64,000 bases of DNA from a virus. Within the stretch, counting starts at the first letter, position 1, and each line of letters begins with the position of its first letter. The notes below the pieces were generated by a model. The model was not told where the DNA came from, ran no database searches, and saw only the letters and a program-made list of their open reading frames with translations. The stretch is taken from positions 46,148-110,147 of IMG/VR virus record IMGVR_UViG_3300005096_000058. One strand, 5' to 3'. A program made the position numbers and the translations under genes. This document shows, piece by piece, positions 46,840 to 55,723 of this stretch.

Positions 46840-48476
46840 TCTGTTCCCCAGTCGTACTTGTCTAGCTGCATCATCTGCTCGTGCGTGACAAGGGAAAGTT
46901 GATTTGCGCTGAGGTAATTGTGGAGGGCAGCCTCAAAGGCGGTTTGGAACGCGGGGCCTTCGGGCTGCAACGTTGCCACATCCAGCCCCACGTTGGTGGG
47001 AAGCACGATTGTATGTGTCTGGACGTTCTGCCCGAGCATCCACTCGTCAATGTCCTTGGCAAGAAGGCCCAACCCTTTGACGTGTGTGCCAGAGAAGCTG
47101 GGTCCGTAACGAAGGTGGATAAGGAAAGTGCTGGGTCCGGCAGCGTGGACGACTGGTGGGTGCGCTTGGATCTCCTCCATCTTGGGTCCAGGAGGGATCA
47201 GATTTGTGAGTGCTGTTTTTAAGTCTTGTTCAAACTGCGCCAGAGCCTTGTCGGTGATGGTGTGGTGGTGGTCCTCAATGGTGATATTGCTGCTCTGGCT
47301 CGGCCCCACAAACCCACCAGTCGGTCCCCAGGGGACTGGTGAGTAGGGGATCGGCTTTGCTGGGGTAGCCGCTACTTGCTTGGACCAAGCCAAAGCCTTG
47401 TCGTTAAGACTCTGGCGGGCGCCGGTAACGACGTTGTCGCTCGGGATCGGTTCCTTAGGCACCTGCTGCACGTTGTGGGTGACACAATCATCCCAAGTGA
47501 AGGTCAGATCCGGTAACAGCATGCTGACCGCCATCATAAATTGCTCTAGCTGCGCCTCTGCTCCCCACGTCGCAGCCTTTGTGGTGGTGACGTGGCACGC
47601 CAATTTGAAATCTTGGTCGAATTTCGTTTCGACAGACACCACCTCGAACGCAAGGCCGGCCCCAGCATCGTCCAGCCACTCGTGCAATTGCCCCGATGAC
47701 GGGGTACTACTTTTTCCCCATGGGGGAGGAAGCAGCGATTTGGCGTACGTGTCGTCCCAGACGCAAACCACTTCTCCAACCCACGGGGATGCGTGGCTTA
47801 ACACGTCGTGGATGCAGTTTTGTATGCTGGTCAGATCCACGTGAAGGTTTGGGTTCGCAAACGTGATCAATAAAGTCTTCTTGTTCTTGGGGAAGCCAAG
47901 AGAGGCTACCGATAAGACAAACAGACCGATCGATTTGGCGAGATCTTTGACCCACTTCCTGACTCCGCTGATGGTCGCAAAGTCCCAGGCTGCCGATGGT
48001 GCTGTGGGCGGCCAGACGGACGCCGTTGGGTGCCATGCCTGCCCATACTTCTGCTGCATAATTGCCAGGGGCGTGGCTAGCGGGAACTCCTTCGGTGATT
48101 CATCAATGATGGCGGTGGTCAGCGAGGGCCCTTTGATCGGGTCTTCGTTGGCCCTATCCTCTGCCAATTTCTTAGCGAGTTTGGTATCGGCGAGAGCGTA
48201 CTCGGCAGCTGTGTAGACGGACCCAGCGTCGGCGACGACTTTCAACTCTTGGTGGGAGACTGTAAGTTGTTGAGCCGTCCAGACAGGCCCTGACGGCATG
48301 ATCTTCCCGTTGAAATACGCTGATTTGAAACCCGGATCTTGCTCGTGCTTCTTCTTCAGCGCAAGCATCTGTTCATCATCCAGAAGGAGGATGCCTGGGC
48401 CTGTCCCCGCGTAATTTAGCCGGTCGATCGTCACGTCCAGAGCAGGGTTGAACAGGCTGATGGGTTTTCCAGACAC
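46836..48476 (-). CDS. hypothetical protein
   Basis: 546 aa ORF; no recognised motif. Confidence 0.6.
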   Translation of the reverse strand: MSGKPISLFNPALDVTIDRLNYAGTGPGILLLDDEQMLALKKKHEQDPGFKSAYFNGKIMPSGPVWTAQQLTVSHQELKVVADAGSVYTAAEYALADTKLAKKLAEDRANEDPIKGPSLTTAIIDESPKEFPLATPLAIMQQKYGQAWHPTASVWPPTAPSAAWDFATISGVRKWVKDLAKSIGLFVLSVASLGFPKNKKTLLITFANPNLHVDLTSIQNCIHDVLSHASPWVGEVVCVWDDTYAKSLLPPPWGKSSTPSSGQLHEWLDDAGAGLAFEVVSVETKFDQDFKLACHVTTTKAATWGAEAQLEQFMMAVSMLLPDLTFTWDDCVTHNVQQVPKEPIPSDNVVTGARQSLNDKALAWSKQVAATPAKPIPYSPVPWGPTGGFVGPSQSSNITIEDHHHTITDKALAQFEQDLKTALTNLIPPGPKMEEIQAHPPVVHAAGPSTFLIHLRYGPSFSGTHVKGLGLLAKDIDEWMLGQNVQTHTIVLPTNVGLDVATLQPEGPAFQTAFEAALHNYLSANQLSLVTHEQMMQLDKYDWGTE

Positions 48477-48479
48477 GAA

Positions 48480-48818
48480 TCAGACGCCTTTCAGATGACT
48501 GAAAAGCACCGTTTCAATCTGGGCAAAACCCACGTCATCTAGGTTCAGCACCACGGTCGTGCGCAGCTCAGCCATGATCGTGTCCGCGACGTCACCATTG
48601 ATCGCCTTTTCAGCGCGCAGATCATGGGCCAGCTGCTCGTATTTGGTCGCGAGGGTGTGCATGCGCGTCTGGACGTTCTCGTGTTTGGTCCGTTCTGCAT
48701 CGGCGTATGCCTTCAGTTTGTCGAAGCGCTCACCTAAGTTGGAGAGTTCCCGTTCCTCCTCCGCACGCGCTTCGTTGATGAGGTTGAACGCTATCTGGAT
48801 TTTGTCGTCAGAGGGCAT
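48480..48818 (-). CDS. hypothetical coiled-coil protein
   Basis: GGAG RBS. Confidence 0.6.
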   Translation of the reverse strand: MPSDDKIQIAFNLINEARAEEERELSNLGERFDKLKAYADAERTKHENVQTRMHTLATKYEQLAHDLRAEKAINGDVADTIMAELRTTVVLNLDDVGFAQIETVLFSHLKGV

Positions 48819-48822
48819 GGGC

Positions 48823-49053
48823 TTATCTCCTGGGCAGAAGGGCTGTGAGCTTCACACCAAGGGCGTCGGCGATCGTGCGCATCGTACCAAGGGTTGGTTT
48901 CCTGTCCCCTCGTTCAAGCTTGAGAATGGCGTCGTAATGCAAGCCGCACGTGTCCGCGAACTCAGCGCGTGTTTGCTTTCGTTTCAGACGCGCTTTGGTG
49001 AGGCGTTCACCAAACCCATCAAGGGCTTCGGCGTTGTATTCGGCGTTTGTCAT
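48823..49053 (-). CDS. XRE-family HTH regulator
   Basis: FGERLTKAR..TRAEFADTCGL..ILKLERGDRKPT..IADALGV. Confidence 0.85.
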   Translation of the reverse strand: MTNAEYNAEALDGFGERLTKARLKRKQTRAEFADTCGLHYDAILKLERGDRKPTLGTMRTIADALGVKLTALLPRR

Positions 49054-49057
49054 AGGA

Positions 49058-49840
49058 TCACTCCCCAAATGGTTGCGTGGCGTCGAGATCGTCTAGCCAG
49101 CCTGGGTATTGTTCGTAAGAGGGGAGCAGCGCTGCCTGTTTCGCGTGTCTTTTGCGCGGAAAACTTCCTCGTCTTGCCGTGAACTTGTTGCGCTCGGATG
49201 CCACACGGGCGTGATCAACACACGCCCGGAAGTTGCCCGCGTGCAGGGCTGCACAGAGGTCATGATCATCCTCGATCACCCGGTCGAACTCGGTCCATGC
49301 GATGCCAATCATGCCGGCCCAATGTGCATCCGAGCCCCCGGTGATGGGTAGGCCCATTCGTTGGGCCGCTCCGCGTGCGAGAGCGTTTGTCTCGGGCGAT
49401 CGGGTTTCCACCTGCCCGTTGTAGCCCTCGATAGCAGCGAGCCCCTGAAGGCCTGTAACGTGGTCCTTGGCTGCGCGAGCGTAGCCTTTGTAAGGGTGGG
49501 GCACGACGCAGGCGCCGCCCATGGCGTTCACCTCGTCAATAACGGCCTGGATGTTGGGGTACATGCCCCAGGCCAGCGCGGGGACGGGGACGTCGATCCC
49601 GAAAATGAGCAGGTGGTTCATCTCCGTGCTGTACTCAACACCTACGAACGCGCGCACGCCCACCGCCTCCAGGGCCTCAGCCACCCGGTGCACCTCCGCA
49701 TTGTCCCCCACCGTGTTGGTGTGGTGGTCCGTGAGACAAAGCCCATCGAGGCCCGCAGCCTTAGCCGCGTGGGCAATGTCGACGGGGGAGCTCATGCCGT
49801 CGGAGCCCTTTGTGTGGCTGTGCATATCGAGCTTGAACAT
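49058..49840 (-). CDS. PHP-domain phosphoesterase
   Basis: DMHSHT..SDG, LTDHH, GVE, PHPY, GGSDAH. Confidence 0.88.
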   Translation of the reverse strand: MFKLDMHSHTKGSDGMSSPVDIAHAAKAAGLDGLCLTDHHTNTVGDNAEVHRVAEALEAVGVRAFVGVEYSTEMNHLLIFGIDVPVPALAWGMYPNIQAVIDEVNAMGGACVVPHPYKGYARAAKDHVTGLQGLAAIEGYNGQVETRSPETNALARGAAQRMGLPITGGSDAHWAGMIGIAWTEFDRVIEDDHDLCAALHAGNFRACVDHARVASERNKFTARRGSFPRKRHAKQAALLPSYEQYPGWLDDLDATQPFGE

Positions 49841-49841
49841 C

Positions 49842-50201
49842 TCAGCTACCGATCAATTTGGTGTTGGTGGTGGGGAGAGCGAAGCCGTGGTTTCCAGACG
49901 CGAGGGCCAAACCGAAATCCTGTGCGCCAATGCACGCGATCCAATGCTTGCTGCCCTTGGTGATTTTGGTGAGCGAGGTCAGGCCGGCGCTCTTCATGGC
50001 TTCCAGAAGGCGTTTCTTACTTACACACTTGAACACGAGGAGAGCAGGGTTGGAGGTGTGGGGCTTCACTTTGATGTTGGCGTCCGTGAACGAGCCATCA
50101 CCCGTATCGAGGAGCATCACGTGCTTGATTTTGAGGCCCTTGTGCGTTTTGCTTTTGGTCAGCGTGTTTTTGTTCGTCTTCACCAGCATTTGAGCCTCCA
50201 T
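49842..50201 (-). CDS. hypothetical basic protein
   Basis: First gene after promoter; GGAGG RBS. Confidence 0.6.
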   Translation of the reverse strand: MEAQMLVKTNKNTLTKSKTHKGLKIKHVMLLDTGDGSFTDANIKVKPHTSNPALLVFKCVSKKRLLEAMKSAGLTSLTKITKGSKHWIACIGAQDFGLALASGNHGFALPTTNTKLIGS

Positions 50202-50216
50202 TTGGTCGGTAAAGAC

Positions 50217-50256
50217 AGCTTAACAAGCGGGCTATGTGCTGTCAAGACATATGTCT
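50217..50256 (-). promoter_or_regulatory. sigma70 promoter with palindromic operator
   Basis: TTGACA-17-TAAGCT; AGACATATGTCT. Confidence 0.8.
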
Positions 50257-50549
50257 GTGTTTAACGTCTTTTTTTGTCCAGCCGAGTTAAACGAGCACTA
50301 CACACGTTGAGCGCGGTTTCCAAGCGGATCTCTGTGATCTCGCACTGCTCGATGATCTTGTGGCCTGTCTCCAGACAACGATCTGTTAGATGGCTTTCCA
50401 CCGACAAAAGACCACGCAAAAGATCGTTCACCTCGCGCACGTTGGCCAACTCATTCGGGCGCCGCAACGACTCGCAGCTCGACGTAGAAGCGGCAAACGT
50501 TATGGCCAAGAGCGCAATAGACGCATTGATCAGTAAGAACGCACGCACG

Positions 50550-50801
50550 TCAGGGGGACCGGTTGGCGAGCGCGCTTGTGGCGATCTGTTGTGCGACTTC
50601 AAGGGTCGGCGCGCGTTGGACTGCTTCCAACGAAATCTTGCGGCAGGCGAGTTCCGCAAGCAGCGCCCGGCCGACGTCGCTATCGAGAAATATGGCTTGG
50701 GCTGCATGGGTGCCGCACAACGTCTGGAGATCGGCGTCAATCTCCGACAACTCGCGGGACACTGCTGTGACCTTTAGACGCTTTGTTTTTCTTTTTGCCA
50801 T
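50550..50801 (-). CDS. hypothetical protein
   Basis: Coupled ORF. Confidence 0.5.
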   Translation of the reverse strand: MAKRKTKRLKVTAVSRELSEIDADLQTLCGTHAAQAIFLDSDVGRALLAELACRKISLEAVQRAPTLEVAQQIATSALANRSP

Positions 50802-51072
50802 GGCCGTCCATCACCTTCTGCATGCGTTGCTTCAAAGATTTCAGAGGTCGCAGAGCCTTCTCCAGCTCCTCAATCCGATTAAGCAATAAGGCTTCGTATT
50901 CACCCTCTTCAGAGTCGCCTTCATTCTGAAAACATTCCCCCTCATCATTGTCATGGGTGGCATAGGCTTCGTCTAGCTCCTGCTCCGCATCATCCAAAGC
51001 TTCACGAAGTCCAGACGGGCCACCAAGGCGGACCTTCTCTTCACGAAGGCGGCGCCGGAGCCATGGGGTCAC
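50737..51072 (-). CDS. hypothetical protein
   Basis: Coupled ORF. Confidence 0.45.
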   Translation of the reverse strand: MTPWLRRRLREEKVRLGGPSGLREALDDAEQELDEAYATHDNDEGECFQNEGDSEEGEYEALLLNRIEELEKALRPLKSLKQRMQKVMDGHGKKKNKASKGHSSVPRVVGD

Positions 51073-51395
51073 GGGGTGACGATCGGGACTGGGATCTCTT
51101 GCACCTTGGCTACGAGGGCGGCGAGCACACGCAACTGGAGTTCGTCTGCCAATGCGGTGGGGATACGCCTGGCCTTGTGCATGGCAGCGATCGCCCCCTG
51201 CACTGACCCTGCGGCCATCAGGAACGCTTGGGAAGCTTGCTGCGCCTTGAGGGCCGATCCTTTGTGGTTAGGGTCGATCGCTTCGATCAGCTGCCTTTTG
51301 AGGGGGAGCTCTGCGACCATCTCCAAGATCCAATTCTTGGCCTCGTCGTCAGTCTCCAGGAACCACCCTGGAGCTTGCTCTAACTTTGCGAACAT
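51069..51395 (-). CDS. hypothetical protein
   Basis: Coupled ORF. Confidence 0.55.
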   Translation of the reverse strand: MFAKLEQAPGWFLETDDEAKNWILEMVAELPLKRQLIEAIDPNHKGSALKAQQASQAFLMAAGSVQGAIAAMHKARRIPTALADELQLRVLAALVAKVQEIPVPIVTP

Positions 51396-51399
51396 TCAT

Positions 51400-52236
51400 T
51401 CACCCCACTGCCAACAATTCGTTGACGTCTGTACGGCCGGCGCCATCGGTGTTGACTACATATTTGGTGGTCAGCGTCTGGATTTTTGCGTCTGGCCAGA
51501 TGAGTTGAAACAACGGGCCAAGGGCGGGGTCACAGCTGTTGCTATAGATCACCGTCGCGCCTGCGTTGCGCCACTTCCAGATCTGGCAGAGGAGCTCGAC
51601 GTGGTCCGCGTGATCAAAGCCCCCAGCCGTGTACCCGGCAAAGGCTCCGTAGTAGGGCGGATCGACGTAGACGCAGGCCCCTGGGGCTACCTCCAGCTCT
51701 TGGTAGCTCCCCGTGCGCAGCTCGACGTACTGTAACGCTTGGTGCCATTCGTCGATGTTGTCGTTGTCAGGGAGAGCGATGCTCTTGTATTTGCCCCAGG
51801 AAGCGTTCAGTTTGTCTTGGCGGTTCACGCGCCAGAGTCCGTTGAATGTGGTTTGTTTCAGGAACACGAAGCGCGCAGGATCACGTCCTTTTTCGCTTTC
51901 ATTCCAGAGGCGTCTGGACTCCAAGAACATTTGGGCGCGATCTTCCTGGGTCCCGTCGTCGTACTGCTCACGGTAGACCGACAATGCGGCTTTCAACCTC
52001 TGCACCCCCCGGGGGTCCTGCACCATTTGGTAGAGGGACATCAGGTGAGGGTTGATGTCCCCCAGCGACACGCGTTGGCACGTGTCCAGATCTCCAGCGT
52101 TGACCAGCTCGCAGAAGAGCGCGGCGCCCCCTGCAAACGGCTCGTGATATTCGGTCACGACGAGAGGGACATGCTCCGCAATGTCGGGGGCCAACCGGGT
52201 TTTCCCTCCGACGTATTTGGTCAATGGGCGCATCAC
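51400..52236 (-). CDS. dam: Dam-like (D12 class) DNA adenine methyltransferase
   Basis: KYVGGK, EPFAGGAA, DIN, FNGLWRVN, YVDPPY, YSNS. Confidence 0.9.
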   Translation of the reverse strand: MMRPLTKYVGGKTRLAPDIAEHVPLVVTEYHEPFAGGAALFCELVNAGDLDTCQRVSLGDINPHLMSLYQMVQDPRGVQRLKAALSVYREQYDDGTQEDRAQMFLESRRLWNESEKGRDPARFVFLKQTTFNGLWRVNRQDKLNASWGKYKSIALPDNDNIDEWHQALQYVELRTGSYQELEVAPGACVYVDPPYYGAFAGYTAGGFDHADHVELLCQIWKWRNAGATVIYSNSCDPALGPLFQLIWPDAKIQTLTTKYVVNTDGAGRTDVNELLAVG

Positions 52237-52370
52237 CGCTCCTCACTGTAGCCGCACACCGTGCAACACCAAGAATTCTGAGTGAGACGGCGTAAGGCCT
52301 CCTCGTCGCAGTTTGGACACTTCATGATCTCAGGGGTAGGGGTTTCAGCTGTCTGGATACGGAGCGGCAT
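52233..52370 (-). CDS. small Zn-ribbon protein (below ORF-track cutoff)
   Basis: ...MKCPNCDEEALRRLTQNSWCCTVCGYSEER; stop overlaps the dam start. Confidence 0.45.
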   Translation of the reverse strand: MPLRIQTAETPTPEIMKCPNCDEEALRRLTQNSWCCTVCGYSEER

Positions 52371-53382
52371 GTGTGTCCCCTTTCATAAGGTAAAGCTGGC
52401 GGGCTGCAGACGCGGCGCGCATGAGTCTGCAAGCCAAGTGTTGTAGCTCCTCAGTCTTCTCCACGGCAATGACCCAGTCGAGGCGGATCTCCCCATAGCC
52501 CACGTACGCTCCTGCGAGTGCACCAGCGATGGCGGCAATGCTATCGCTGTCTCCGGGAGAATTGGCCCCCATGCGGACCACGGCTGTGTGCCCACCCACT
52601 TTGACGTAGCGGAGAAACACAAAGAGCGCAGCCGCCACGGCTTCGTGCCCGGCCCATCCGCGCCATTGGTCCAGCATAGCGGCTGTGGTGATCTTGCCGT
52701 CCTGAGCAGACGCTTCGGCGATCACGAGCATGTCCCCGGTGCCTTGGTCGTAACGGTAAGCGGCGTCTTGCATGCTGGAGGCGATGCGTGCGGGATCGTA
52801 GTTGCGTAAAGCTGACCAGACGCCAGCGGCCAGAGCGGCACTCGCAGCCATCGCCAACGGGGCGCCGTGGGTCAACCGGCTGTGCTCCGCTGCCACCTTG
52901 ATCGCGCGCGCACGATCGTCAAAGTAGAACAGCCCGTAAGGGTGCGCACGCATGACGCTACCGCAGCCACCCGCACCGTCGTTGGTGTTGGGTCCGCCGC
53001 ACTCCCACCAGGGAAGCTGGCCCTCGTCGAGCTTAGTGCACCCTGACATGCACGCGCCGCCTGGAGCCCGATTATTGTCTGGGCTTTTGTACCAAGCAAT
53101 GAACTCCTCAGCGACTTCAGAGGCGGCGTCATTCACCGTACCCACCTTGCCAGCTCGGATCAGGCCCTCGGCCACCGCGCGGGCCATCTGCGTGTCGTCG
53201 CTGTAGATTGCGCAGTTTTCTCCGTCGATCTCGCGTAGTTGCAGCGTCTGGATACCGGCAGAGCCAAAGCGTTTGTGTATGTCCGCCATGGACGAGAACT
53301 CGACGGTATAACCCAACGCATCCCCTATGGCGGACCCCAAAATGCACCCCATGAACTTGTCTTTCAGATCGATTGCAGGCAC
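52345..53382 (-). CDS. ADP-ribosylglycohydrolase (DraG/ARH family)
   Basis: GSAIGDALG..EF, YSDDTQM, GCGSVMR, LTHG, GDSDSIAAIAGALAGA. Confidence 0.92.
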   Translation of the reverse strand: MPAIDLKDKFMGCILGSAIGDALGYTVEFSSMADIHKRFGSAGIQTLQLREIDGENCAIYSDDTQMARAVAEGLIRAGKVGTVNDAASEVAEEFIAWYKSPDNNRAPGGACMSGCTKLDEGQLPWWECGGPNTNDGAGGCGSVMRAHPYGLFYFDDRARAIKVAAEHSRLTHGAPLAMAASAALAAGVWSALRNYDPARIASSMQDAAYRYDQGTGDMLVIAEASAQDGKITTAAMLDQWRGWAGHEAVAAALFVFLRYVKVGGHTAVVRMGANSPGDSDSIAAIAGALAGAYVGYGEIRLDWVIAVEKTEELQHLACRLMRAASAARQLYLMKGDTHAAPYPDS

Positions 53383-53408
53383 GTGGCCCTCCTTTTGTGT
53401 CTGAAAGC

Positions 53409-53447
53409 ATGGTAAGGCATATTGCCCGCTCTGTCAAGACATTTGTC
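53409..53447 (-). promoter_or_regulatory. sigma70 promoter (same family) for ARH
   Basis: TTGACA-17-TACCAT; degenerate GACAAATGTC; spacer motif inverted. Confidence 0.7.
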
Positions 53448-53452
53448 GTGCG

Positions 53453-54388
53453 CTATTGCTGTGGGACAAATCCATTAGGCGGAGGATAACCTGGGGGCAT
53501 CTGCTGTTGCGGGGGTGGGGACGACATCGGCATCTGCTGCGGCTGCATCTGTTGGGGGGGCTGTTGCAGCTGTTGTGGAGGCATTTGCTGCTGCGGCGGT
53601 GGCGGTGGCTGCATCTGTTGCGGCGGGGGGGCCGACATGGGCATTTGCTGCTGGGGAGGAGGGGTCGACATTGGGGCTAGTGGTGGTCCTCCAGGTGCCG
53701 GGCCCGGTACGCCTGCATAGCCTGGGGTGGGCGGTGGTGGTGTCGCGGCGGCGTTGGGGGCGGCAGGTTGTGGTGGGGCTTGGTTACTCAGCAACAGCTG
53801 CTCAAGGAGGCTGGTGATTTTTTGGAGTTCGGCGAGGGCTTGTTGGTCCATTTGTTCTTCCGTCCAGAAGGGAAGATCATCGGCGTTCAAAAGCGCCTCT
53901 GCCTCGTCTTCAGGGGGTTCGGGTTTATCGTCATCGTCGTTGGTAGCAACGTCGAGCTCTTGTTGAACCGGGGCGCCCGGTTCGGGAGGGGGCGGAGGTG
54001 GGGCTGTCTGGACAACGGCAGACTTTCCAGATTGGCAGCACCACTCTCCAGACGCGTCGCGGGAGGCGGCGAACAAGCCTGCGCCCGTGCGCATGATGAG
54101 ACCCTTTTCTTCCAGACCTTCCAGGATTTTGGCGGCGTCGACGGCGATGGCTCCCACGGTCATCTCTGCCTCACCTAAGGACAGCCCCCGGTGTGCGCAC
54201 GTCGTGGTCATTACTGAAAGTATGGAACTTTCAGCTTGTCCTGCGGGGGTGAGCCGGATCTCTTCGGGGGTGGGTGGATCCTTCTTGGCTGCTGCGCGCT
54301 TCTTGCGCGTGGTGGTGGCCTTTGTGGTGGCCACTTTCTTCTTGGCTGCGGCTTTCTTTTTCGTCGTGCGTGTAGCCATCGGGCTCAC
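53453..54388 (-). CDS. hypothetical protein with basic N-terminus and Pro/Gln-rich tail
   Basis: GGAGG RBS; low-complexity PQQQM repeats. Confidence 0.65.
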   Translation of the reverse strand: MSPMATRTTKKKAAAKKKVATTKATTTRKKRAAAKKDPPTPEEIRLTPAGQAESSILSVMTTTCAHRGLSLGEAEMTVGAIAVDAAKILEGLEEKGLIMRTGAGLFAASRDASGEWCCQSGKSAVVQTAPPPPPPEPGAPVQQELDVATNDDDDKPEPPEDEAEALLNADDLPFWTEEQMDQQALAELQKITSLLEQLLLSNQAPPQPAAPNAAATPPPPTPGYAGVPGPAPGGPPLAPMSTPPPQQQMPMSAPPPQQMQPPPPPQQQMPPQQLQQPPQQMQPQQMPMSSPPPQQQMPPGYPPPNGFVPQQ

Positions 54389-54427
54389 CTCCTGATCTAA
54401 GACAACAAACTCGTCGCCTTAATTTCC

Positions 54428-54463
54428 AAAAAATAAAAGAGGCACCGCGAAGGGTGCCTCTTT
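54428..54463 (-). terminator. Rho-independent terminator
   Basis: AAAGAGGCACC-CUUCGC-GGUGCCUCUUU followed by UAUUUUUU. Confidence 0.85.
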
Positions 54464-54482
54464 CGAAAGTAGTTCCGCCGAC

Positions 54483-54857
54483 TTAGACGTCGAGGTCATC
54501 CTCGTCATCGCCGTCGTAGCCAGCCAGAGGCTCCTGAGCCACCTCAGGGGTCGGGGGAGGAGCGGTCAACCCCTCAGACGCCCATTCCGCGATGTCAGCA
54601 GCGGTGCCTCGGCTGATGACCGCGATCGCGTACTTGTGACCCTGGAACCGCTCGTTAACGAGCGTCATGATTTTCCCTGAAACTGTGTCCTCGCTGTGCC
54701 CGGCTGCGAGCAGGGTAGCACGTAGAACCATGTCGATAGCTTCAGGGTTTTTGCATTTGGCGACGATGTAGCCGTCATCGTCCTTGTGCGGCTGCAGCCG
54801 CAGCGTGGGCAGATTGTGAAGCTGAATGTAGATGCGAGACGCTTTGAGATTTTCCAT
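54483..54857 (-). CDS. hypothetical protein with acidic tail
   Basis: GGAG RBS before MENLK; has its own promoter and terminator. Confidence 0.65.
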   Translation of the reverse strand: MENLKASRIYIQLHNLPTLRLQPHKDDDGYIVAKCKNPEAIDMVLRATLLAAGHSEDTVSGKIMTLVNERFQGHKYAIAVISRGTAADIAEWASEGLTAPPPTPEVAQEPLAGYDGDDEDDLDV

Positions 54858-54896
54858 TTGTTCTCCCTTTTCACCCGTTGTGGGTGGGTTGCTCGC

Positions 54897-54925
54897 AGCA
54901 TAGACGCCGGGCATATTGCCGTCAA
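54897..54925 (-). promoter_or_regulatory. sigma70 promoter (same family)
   Basis: TTGACG-GCAATATGCCCGGCGTC-TATGCT. Confidence 0.65.
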
Positions 54926-54943
54926 GTGTTTTGTCTGTGTTTT

Positions 54944-55723
54944 TTATTCGGGAGGGAGGAGGCATTGCCCATCGAATGATTGATCTCGACGGCTGAACAA
55001 CTCTAGGGCGTCGTCGTCGACAGCCCCCACATCCATACCCGGAACAATTGGTCGTCGGAACGCCGCCGCTTTGATACGATCTCCCGGGAATAACGGACCA
55101 GGGTCCTGCTTCCGTCCCGGGCTCAAGAAGCTGTGATCAAGGATGCGGCCGGCGGTGATCGCTGGCGTGTCCTGCACCATAAGCCTGACCAGAAAGATGT
55201 TTGATTCGATCAGCTCCTCGGTGAACGGTTCCCACCATCGAGTGTGCCCGTCGTCGCCTATATGGCTCTGGGGTGCGGGGAGATCGGCCGGGTAGGGCCT
55301 GCCTTTGATCCAGCCTTGCCCTGACTTCTTCGGGACAAAGAATGACTTGGTTTTTTCGTCTCGGATCAGCCACCCGTAATTGCTGTTCTCGATGCCAACT
55401 GTGAATTCGTTGATTTCCGCCTTGGGGTCCATCAGGGGCCAGCGCCCTGAATTGAGGCCCGCTGCGTGGTAACACACCTCGTCGAGGTCAGCCTGCTGGA
55501 CGGTGTGACCATTCCGGTAGATTGTGAAATGCGCGAAGTATTTGGCCGGTGGGACCAGCTTACCCTTCCAGACAGATTTGCCCGCAACCCAGCGAACAAG
55601 GCTTCGGCCTGAGCCGCCGCCCGTGTAATGCTGCACAACGCCCGACAAAGGCAGCGTGCGTTTGTGGCGCACCAAGGCTGCGCGCACGTATTCGATTTTG
55701 GGGCTGAGAAGTTTGTACGTCAC
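54944..55723 (-). CDS. N-acetylmuramoyl-L-alanine amidase (AmpD-like; putative endolysin)
   Basis: VVQHYT, AHFTI, CYHAAG, VGIE, H..LSPGRKQDPG; GTGA overlap start. Confidence 0.85.
   Translation of the reverse strand: MTYKLLSPKIEYVRAALVRHKRTLPLSGVVQHYTGGGSGRSLVRWVAGKSVWKGKLVPPAKYFAHFTIYRNGHTVQQADLDEVCYHAAGLNSGRWPLMDPKAEINEFTVGIENSNYGWLIRDEKTKSFFVPKKSGQGWIKGRPYPADLPAPQSHIGDDGHTRWWEPFTEELIESNIFLVRLMVQDTPAITAGRILDHSFLSPGRKQDPGPLFPGDRIKAAAFRRPIVPGMDVGAVDDDALELFSRRDQSFDGQCLLPPE

Noticed and set aside
30045-52236. Complete restriction-modification system
   Set aside because: No cognate restriction endonuclease is recognisable next to any of the three MTases; they look like orphan protective enzymes.
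53453-53780. Gln/Pro triplet-like repeats as a DNA-level repeat element
   Set aside because: Explained by a low-complexity protein tail.
28148-54925. Dispersed gctgtcaagacatatgtct repeats as IS ends or att sites
   Set aside because: All have the same orientation, contain properly spaced -35/-10 hexamers and precede genes; no transposase or integrase is in the window.
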